Assembly: GCA_945888455.1 (NCBI GenBank)
Contig: CAMCZV010000001.1
Location: 10,582-42,581 of the forward strand
Origin: Candidatus Finniella inopinata
GTDB taxonomy: Bacteria > Pseudomonadota > Alphaproteobacteria > Holosporales > Holosporaceae
Reading direction: 5' to 3'
Length of the DNA: 32,000 nt
Part shown: positions 26,094-32,000 of the stretch, one piece after another
Layout of the letters: every line of letters starts with the position of its first letter
How positions within the stretch are numbered: the stretch's first letter is position 1
Made by a program: the position numbers and the translations under genes
The notes under the pieces: generated by a model
What the model was told of the DNA's origin: nothing
Databases searched by the model: none
Seen by the model: only the letters and a program-made list of their open reading frames with translations

Positions 26094-26900
26094 CTATTCT
26101 TTTCTTACAGGCGTTGCACAAGTGCTTGGGGTAGAAGCACCCGATTTTATCATTTTAATCAATTGATCCGCCCGCTGGGTCCAGACATTTTTTGGAAAAT
26201 TATAGGTCAACATGGCGTACGTTTTATCTGTTGCCGGCATCATGCCCAAGGCCAGCTGGATCTCGATCAAACGGTATAAAACCTCTGGCATCAGGATGCT
26301 GCGTGGCCATTGCTCCATTAATCGTGAAAACTGAATCCACGCCGCCACATGCCGCTGGTCAAACAAGGACGATTTGGCCACCAACATGCTGTGACAGGCC
26401 AAATGTTCGGATATAAACTCTTGCTTGATTTTGGCATCATGGGCATATTCACTGGTGGGAAAACGTCGCAACACCTCTTTAAAGGCCTCTAGAGCCGATT
26501 CTGCCAGCTGCTTGTCCTTGGTCAGACCCAACATATCGTTGTAATAAGACAATGCACGAAGGTAATAGGCATAAGGAATGCTGGCCGATCCTGGGTGCAG
26601 CTCAATAAACACATCCAAAGTGGCAATGGCTCTGGAGAATTTTTGCGCTTTGAACGCACAATAGGCCGACAGCAACTGGGCCTGACTGGTGCAATCAGAG
26701 TAAGGATGCTGGCGCTCGACCTCATCAAAGGCATTGGCCGCCTGCTCATAGCTCTTTTTATCCATCAACCCTTTTGCTGTTTGGTACAAATCCTTGATTG
26801 GTTTTTCTTGATAAATTGGGCTTTTAGAGGCACAACCAGATAAAACCAGCCCAAAGCAGAGCATAAAAAAACCATTGTTCCAAAATTGTTTGTTGTCCAC
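26094..26900 (-). CDS. bamD: Outer membrane protein assembly factor BamD (lipoprotein)
   Basis: It has the lipobox LVLSGC and TPR-like repeats. By eye, LYQTAKGLMDKKSYEQAANAFDEVERQHPYS...IPYAYYLRALSYY parallels E. coli BamD. I start at GTG 26900 (MDNKQFWNNGFFMLCFGLVLSGC), which has AAGGA 8 nt upstream. The ORF-track TTG at 26993 has no SD and would add 31 aa before the signal peptide. Confidence 0.75.
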   Translation of the reverse strand: MDNKQFWNNGFFMLCFGLVLSGCASKSPIYQEKPIKDLYQTAKGLMDKKSYEQAANAFDEVERQHPYSDCTSQAQLLSAYCAFKAQKFSRAIATLDVFIELHPGSASIPYAYYLRALSYYNDMLGLTKDKQLAESALEAFKEVLRRFPTSEYAHDAKIKQEFISEHLACHSMLVAKSSLFDQRHVAAWIQFSRLMEQWPRSILMPEVLYRLIEIQLALGMMPATDKTYAMLTYNFPKNVWTQRADQLIKMIKSGASTPSTCATPVRKE

Positions 26901-27109
26901 GCACGGAATCCTTTTTTTGATTTTTACCCACCCTAGTTCATACATTAAAATAGCATGTTTCTTGGTGGCAACCATAGTCACACATGAAAACAATCTGATT
27001 GAAAAGCCGCCTTGTGTTTAAAATTTTTTAAAACATCGGATGCAAGGGATTATCTTTATCCTAAAAAAAGAGTACGTTGTTTCTATACAGTCCCCCTGCA
27101 AAAATCGCC

Positions 27110-28321
27110 ATGTCTTTGTTTAAAACGTTGTCCAATAAAATGCCTTTAATTTTGTTTGGCCTGATTGCCAGCATTCTTGTCTGTGGGCATCTCTTACCCA
27201 TCGGATTAAAATCTGGTTTATATGCCACCAGTATGTCCATAAAAGGCCTGATTGTTGGGGTTTTACCCATCATTATTTTTGGCCTATTATTCAGTGCCGC
27301 TGTTTTGATGGCGAAAAAAGCCACCTGGATCGTTGGTCTGATTTTGGGAACGGTCTGTTTATCCACCTTTGTGGCTGTTTTTTTGGCCCGATTTGTCGGC
27401 CTTGGCTTGTATAACATGGATTTATCCATGAGCCTGCCCCCCGTAATAACCCCGTTGATTCCCCTGTGGAATTGGGAGCTGGATGCTTGGGTTTCCAACA
27501 GCATAGTCATGATGAGTGCTGTTTTTTCTGGATTAATGGGCGCCTTTTTCATGCCAGAGCGTGCCCTGATGGTGTCTAGATTTTTAGACCAAGTGGTCGG
27601 CATCATTTTAAAAGCATTAACCTTGGTGATTCCCATTTTTGTGGTGGGTTTTGTCATTAAATTACAACATGAAGGGGTCTTCGTCACCATATTGAAAAAT
27701 TATTCTGTGGTGTTTGCATGCATTGCTGTGGCCCAATTTTCGTACATTTTTTTACTGTATTGGGCGCTGGCCAAGGGGTCTTTTTCAAAAATGTGGGGAT
27801 TGATTCAAAATATGCTGCCCGCCACCATCAGTGGGTTTACCAGCATGTCCAGTGCGGCCAGTATGCCCTTGTTGATCGAGGGGGTTGAAAAAAACACCAC
27901 CCACAAGCAATTGGCAAAGGTTACCATCCCTGTTTTGGTCAACATCCACATGATTGGTGAATGCTTTACGGACGTCATTTTGGCCTATGCGGTTTTGAAA
28001 ACCTATGGGGTGGCCGATCCATCTTGGCCAAATTATTTGATGTTTTCTGTTTGGTTTTTTGTGGCACGTTTTGCCTGCGCAGGCGTTCCTGGTGGCGGAA
28101 TATTGGTCATCAAATCTTTACTGCTGACCTATTTTGCCTTTACAGACGCCATGTTTTCATTAATTTATGCCCTGTATGTGTTGTTTGACCCTGTTTTAAC
28201 CGCGGGAAATGTCTTGGGAGACGGCGCTCTCGCCCAATGGCTAGACCGCATTGTGACCAAGCGCCCCCAGTTGATTTATTCCAAGCAAGACATTGCGCAA
28301 ATGCAAGAAACACGGAAATAA
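27110..28321 (+). CDS. Dicarboxylate/amino acid:cation symporter (DAACS/GltP-SstT family)
   Basis: A multi-pass membrane protein with the family motif SGFTSMSSAASMPL (SSSATLP-like). Start ATG 27110 (MSLFKTLSNKMPLILFG) is preferred over the ORF-track TTG at 27077, but neither has a good SD. Confidence 0.75.
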   Translation: MSLFKTLSNKMPLILFGLIASILVCGHLLPIGLKSGLYATSMSIKGLIVGVLPIIIFGLLFSAAVLMAKKATWIVGLILGTVCLSTFVAVFLARFVGLGLYNMDLSMSLPPVITPLIPLWNWELDAWVSNSIVMMSAVFSGLMGAFFMPERALMVSRFLDQVVGIILKALTLVIPIFVVGFVIKLQHEGVFVTILKNYSVVFACIAVAQFSYIFLLYWALAKGSFSKMWGLIQNMLPATISGFTSMSSAASMPLLIEGVEKNTTHKQLAKVTIPVLVNIHMIGECFTDVILAYAVLKTYGVADPSWPNYLMFSVWFFVARFACAGVPGGGILVIKSLLLTYFAFTDAMFSLIYALYVLFDPVLTAGNVLGDGALAQWLDRIVTKRPQLIYSKQDIAQMQETRK

Positions 28322-28475
28322 TCACGATATACAAATGTTCTGGGGATGGGCGTTCAGGGGACGCCATCTCTGGATGAAGAAAACGCGCGCTCTTGGGGGC
28401 GCCTAGCTGGATTGACTCTTCTGGACCCTGCTGCTTTATACTGTAAAGAATAAAGTACAAGAAAGGCGTTCGCCC

Positions 28476-29594
28476 ATGGCTCGGCCCACGAATGTTTTAT
28501 TATCCCGCGATCATTTACTGCATAATATTGCATTAATCCAGAACAAGATCGGGGGTACGCGCATCATCGCCATGGTCAAGGCCAATGCCTATGGTCACGG
28601 CATTCGCTCTGTCAGCAAACGCATCGCCCCCGTCATTCATATGTTTGGTGTGGCATCGCTGGACGAAGCCTTGATCTTACGGAGCATTGGATTAACCAAC
28701 CCCATTATGTTGGCCGAAGGGGTTTTTGAACCAGAGGAATGGGCCGTTGCTGCACACCATCATTGCGACGTTGTGATTCACCATCAAACCCAAATTCAAT
28801 GGTTGGATGCCCTGGAACCCCATCAAAAAGTGCGCATTTGGCTGAAAATCAATACCGGCATGAATCGTTTGGGTTTTTTTCCCCATGATATCCCCAAAGT
28901 ATACGCTCTGTTGCGTCATAATCCACGCATTCAGGGCGACATCGGACTGATGTCTCATTTTGCATCCAGCGAACAGCCGTACTCTGTAAAAACCACACAA
29001 CAAGCAGCCGCATTTAAAGATATTGTGGGCTCTATACCCAATTTTTCTGGCCCCGTCAGTTTATGCAACTCTGGTGGCATTGTGAATCGAGAGAACGATT
29101 TGTACGATTATGTTCGCCCCGGATTATTGATGTATGGTGTCCATCCTTACCATTACGCCATGGGCCAAGATTTTGGCCTGCGCCCTGTGATGACCTTGAA
29201 ATCCCAGTTGATATCGGTCTATACAGTCAAATCCCAGGATACGGTGGGGTATAACGAGACCTATTCCTGTCCTGAATCGATGCCCATCGGCATTATCGCC
29301 ATTGGATATGGCGATGGGTATCCTCTGACGGCACGCAATGGCACACCTATTCTTGTTAATGGCACCATATGCCCTCTGATTGGGCGCGTGGCCATGGATA
29401 TGCTGGCCGTTGATTTACGGCCCTGCCCCAGGGCAAAGGTTGGGGACAGCGCAACCCTGTGGGGGGAAAACTTACCCATAGAAACCATCGCCTCCTTTAC
29501 CCAAGAACACAGTCATGCCCTTTTAACAGGATTGCATAACCGGGTCCGGTGTTTTTGGACCGATGACCATACCGATTCTCAGGTTTCAACCTGA
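28476..29594 (+). CDS. alr: Alanine racemase
   Basis: 372 aa with the PLP-lysine motif AMVKANAYGHG near the N-terminus and a typical length. GAAAGG lies 9 nt upstream of the ATG. Confidence 0.9.
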   Translation: MARPTNVLLSRDHLLHNIALIQNKIGGTRIIAMVKANAYGHGIRSVSKRIAPVIHMFGVASLDEALILRSIGLTNPIMLAEGVFEPEEWAVAAHHHCDVVIHHQTQIQWLDALEPHQKVRIWLKINTGMNRLGFFPHDIPKVYALLRHNPRIQGDIGLMSHFASSEQPYSVKTTQQAAAFKDIVGSIPNFSGPVSLCNSGGIVNRENDLYDYVRPGLLMYGVHPYHYAMGQDFGLRPVMTLKSQLISVYTVKSQDTVGYNETYSCPESMPIGIIAIGYGDGYPLTARNGTPILVNGTICPLIGRVAMDMLAVDLRPCPRAKVGDSATLWGENLPIETIASFTQEHSHALLTGLHNRVRCFWTDDHTDSQVST

Positions 29595-29612
29595 TTCAGA
29601 AGATTCTGGGGA

Positions 29613-31286
29613 TTAATCATCAACCCATTGGTCCTCATCATCCCCAGAATTGCCCTGCTCTGTTCCACGGCCCAACATGGCCAACAAATAAGGATTATCC
29701 GATGCTTTTTCGCTGAAAATAATGCGGTGTTTTTCCTGCAACTTTTGCTCATACGCATTGAGAAAACGCTCTTTCCATTCTCGATCCAATACTTTGGATT
29801 TTGCCGACTTTTCATCAGAATCTGCAGATTTTTCTGTGGTGATGTCCGTTAAATCGATGACGGCATATCCGTCATTGGTCTTGAAAACAGATGTGACGGG
29901 TGGCGGAGTCATTTGCAACACATACAGGGCCATTTCTGGGGAAATATCATTGGAGATTTTATCGCGCAGACCGATAGTATGTGACGTCATCTCTTTTTTA
30001 TTGATATTTATTTCAAATTTTTGCGCTTTTTCCTTGGTTAACTCTTTGACTTTTTCTATTTTCAGGTGATATTGGGCGGCTGCAAACCGCTCTTTCTGAC
30101 TCAAAGGACGTTCACCTTGAATGCGCTGTATCTGAATCCACGCCATTCCACCCATCATAACGGACAGATTAAAAATATCTCCCTCTTTACCAGAAAAAAC
30201 ATCCTCTATAATTTTAGACCGAACGTCTTCTGGCAATGGCCATTCTGTCCCATCAGAACGGCGCCAAGAAATCGGTGCAAAATCCAAACCTTTTGCGGAA
30301 ACACTGCAGGTGATTATCCCAACAGGCCATCCTTTTTCTTTGGCCACATCTTGAATCCCTTGACCTGCCCCACTAGAATCTTGAATCAATACCTTTAACT
30401 CTTCGTCTGTGTATTTTTTGGCTGTGGGCGATGTGGTGGCAAAGTTCGGGGTCATCATCACAACAAAAGTACGCATTTCTGGGGCAGAATGCATCCACTT
30501 GGGTGCGTTTTCAACCAAGGCGTCTGTCTCTTTTTTGGTAATGTGTATATCGGATATACCAGAATAATCAAAGGCAAAAACCTTGGACCTCCAGGATCGC
30601 GTTTGGCTCATACCTTTTTCTACGAATTCGGTATAAAAAGAGGGCAGAAATACATTTTTAGCCAGAGACCGTCTTAACATCATGCGACCCAGAGCGCGTT
30701 GCTCTGCGGCAATCATTTGCAATAAGGTCACCCCATTGTTGCGTAAAAAGGCGTCCATTTTGGCTTGATCAAAGCGATCTTCTGGGCCTAACAAACTGGC
30801 ATTGCCTCGAAATAACACGTGACCTGCGCTTTGATTTGTCAGGGTAAAATCTTCTGATGATTTCATATCAGAGTCCAAGAAAATCGGATTTTTTTGGTAA
30901 AATGCCTTTAATCTAGGTAAATTAACCCGCCCAGATTCATCCAAAAAGCACATTTTTTCACGCAAAGATTTTTTGGCTTGGGTTTCCGAAACCTGGATGC
31001 GTTTTTCCTTGACCTCTTGGTCCCACATGGCATCATTTAATACTTTGCGCAACCAGTACCGATCACCATCGGGGGCGGATACCAACATTAATTGACCATG
31101 GGCTTTGGCCGTTCTGATGCTCTCTCTTAACGTATTTTCTTGAAACTTTACGTTTCCAACCGTAATCAGAGGCGATCGAAAGGAAAAAAACCTCAAATCA
31201 AAAGAGGTAGAGAGATAGGCCAACAGCATAATGCCGATTATCCATTGACCATACTTAGAATGAGATTTTTCGCGTTCCATCACCAT
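29613..31286 (-). CDS. PpiD-like periplasmic chaperone (N-terminal TM anchor, SurA-N-like region, degenerate parvulin-like region)
   Basis: 557 aa. The N-terminal anchor WIIGIMLLAYLSTSF is followed by ...ITVGNVKFQENTLRESI. The C-terminal region TNDGYAVIDLTDIT...FLNAYEQKLQEKHRIIFSEK resembles PpiD architecture. No clean parvulin signature is seen. AAGGA lies 7 nt upstream of ATG 31286. Confidence 0.5.
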   Translation of the reverse strand: MVMEREKSHSKYGQWIIGIMLLAYLSTSFDLRFFSFRSPLITVGNVKFQENTLRESIRTAKAHGQLMLVSAPDGDRYWLRKVLNDAMWDQEVKEKRIQVSETQAKKSLREKMCFLDESGRVNLPRLKAFYQKNPIFLDSDMKSSEDFTLTNQSAGHVLFRGNASLLGPEDRFDQAKMDAFLRNNGVTLLQMIAAEQRALGRMMLRRSLAKNVFLPSFYTEFVEKGMSQTRSWRSKVFAFDYSGISDIHITKKETDALVENAPKWMHSAPEMRTFVVMMTPNFATTSPTAKKYTDEELKVLIQDSSGAGQGIQDVAKEKGWPVGIITCSVSAKGLDFAPISWRRSDGTEWPLPEDVRSKIIEDVFSGKEGDIFNLSVMMGGMAWIQIQRIQGERPLSQKERFAAAQYHLKIEKVKELTKEKAQKFEININKKEMTSHTIGLRDKISNDISPEMALYVLQMTPPPVTSVFKTNDGYAVIDLTDITTEKSADSDEKSAKSKVLDREWKERFLNAYEQKLQEKHRIIFSEKASDNPYLLAMLGRGTEQGNSGDDEDQWVDD

Positions 31287-31441
31287 AGGGACGTCCTTTA
31301 TTTATCTTTAATTTTCAGTATACCTTGGTTTTACATCCGATCACAAGAAAGGGTGAGCCATTAAATTTTTTGTATCTTTTTACACCCCAAAGCCCCTTTT
31401 TTTGGCCTCTATTTTCAGGCACACTGCCACCAAAAGTAAGG

Positions 31442-32000
31442 ATGACAGTGCCCCACCATTCCCCCATAATGCCTTGGTGGTCAGAACCGTTTGGCGCCAC
31501 CACCCGACATGTTTTTCACGCATCAACGTTATGTTCTAGCCACACACTGGCCCAACAGTGGATCGAGGGCAAAACAATCCCCTTGATCCCCTTTTCTGTT
31601 GAAACGTTACGGCCCGATACGTGGGTTTGGTTGCGTGCCAATCAGCAAACAGAGGGCAGAGGCCAAGGGAAAAATACCTTTTTTTGCCCACCTGGCGGTC
31701 TGTATGCCAGCCTGATTTGTTTTTGGCCCAATCTGCCCGCTGTGCCTCCTCTGGCCCTTATTACGGCTCTTGCCATTGCTGAAAGTTTGTCAGAACAGTG
31801 CCAATTGAAATGGGTGAACGATATTTTTCTGGGTGAGAACAAACTGGGTGGTATCCTAATTGATCGTCACTGGAACACGCCCCTACACACATGTATCATC
31901 AGTTTTGGCCTTAATATCAACACCTCGGATACGCACACGCCACAGCAACGGACCATATCCAGCTGGATGAATACAACAGGATCAAGTTTAGATTTATCCG
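31442..32000 (+). CDS. birA: Biotin--[acetyl-CoA-carboxylase] ligase BirA, 5' part (runs off the window)
   Basis: This is my own translation of the frame open from 31289 to the window end, which is absent from the ORF track. It reads MTVPHHSPIMPWWSEPFGATTRHVFHASTLCSSHTLAQQW...ANQQTEGRGQGKNTFFCPPGGLYASL...QLKWVNDIFLGENKLGGILID. The GRGxxGxxWxSPxGxLYxS and KWPND...KxxGIL signatures are recognisable. The start could be ATG 31442 or ATG 31469. Confidence 0.8.
   Translation, partial: MTVPHHSPIMPWWSEPFGATTRHVFHASTLCSSHTLAQQWIEGKTIPLIPFSVETLRPDTWVWLRANQQTEGRGQGKNTFFCPPGGLYASLICFWPNLPAVPPLALITALAIAESLSEQCQLKWVNDIFLGENKLGGILIDRHWNTPLHTCIISFGLNINTSDTHTPQQRTISSWMNTTGSSLDLS

Noticed and set aside
27061-27690. 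Minus-strand 209-aa ORF antisense to the DAACS symporter.
   Set aside because: The K/T/M/P-rich translation has no motif. The plus-strand frame carries the transporter signature and continuous hydrophobic helices.
1-32000. CRISPR arrays, IS elements or transposases, toxin-antitoxin pairs, restriction-modification or other defence gene clusters, rRNA genes, and an alternative genetic code.
   Set aside because: No spaced repeat arrays, transposase-like ORFs or paired small genes of that type were found. All core proteins are full length under the standard code, ending in normal TAA, TAG or TGA stops.

Overview
No tools or homology searches were run. Product calls come from reading motifs in the supplied ORF translations and from hand inspection of the DNA. 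The window is almost entirely tightly packed core housekeeping genes. It looks like an alphaproteobacterium-type genome, possibly a reduced or intracellular lineage. That inference rests on rpsT-dnaA linkage, an alpha-type L31, a short RNase D, ubiA and a ProP-like MFS. Left to right the genes are: secG, tsaE, rpmE, ubiA, tRNA-Val(CAC), a divergent MFS transporter, a PhnP-like MBL hydrolase, recJ, rimM, dnaN, dnaA, rpsT, an AT-rich orphan region, rpoC, rpoB, rplL, rplJ, rplA, rplK, nusG, secE, accD, an RNase D-like exonuclease, bamD, a DAACS-family symporter, alr, a PpiD-like chaperone and the 5' part of birA. From 7.5 to 27 kb every gene except the orphan ORF at 11412..12383 is on the minus strand. 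Several starts in the ORF track appear too far upstream. I re-placed them using Shine-Dalgarno (SD) sequences and known N-termini; they include GTG and TTG starts. I see no CRISPR array, IS element, integrase, or recognisable multi-gene defence or secretion system. The only clearly accessory stretch is about 10.7-12.6 kb. It is a compositionally distinct AT-rich island between rpsT and rpoC. It carries an orphan signal-peptide protein with an internal repeat, some decayed-looking small ORFs, a G8 tract and two related hairpins. Secondary curiosities are listed below:
- A 16-bp perfect palindrome just upstream of a good rpsT promoter.
- A possible 47-aa N-terminal extension on DnaN.
- A 430-nt, strongly strand-asymmetric rplL-rpoB spacer.
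- A long SecG tail.
I do not claim a new system. The orphan island is the best candidate for follow-up.
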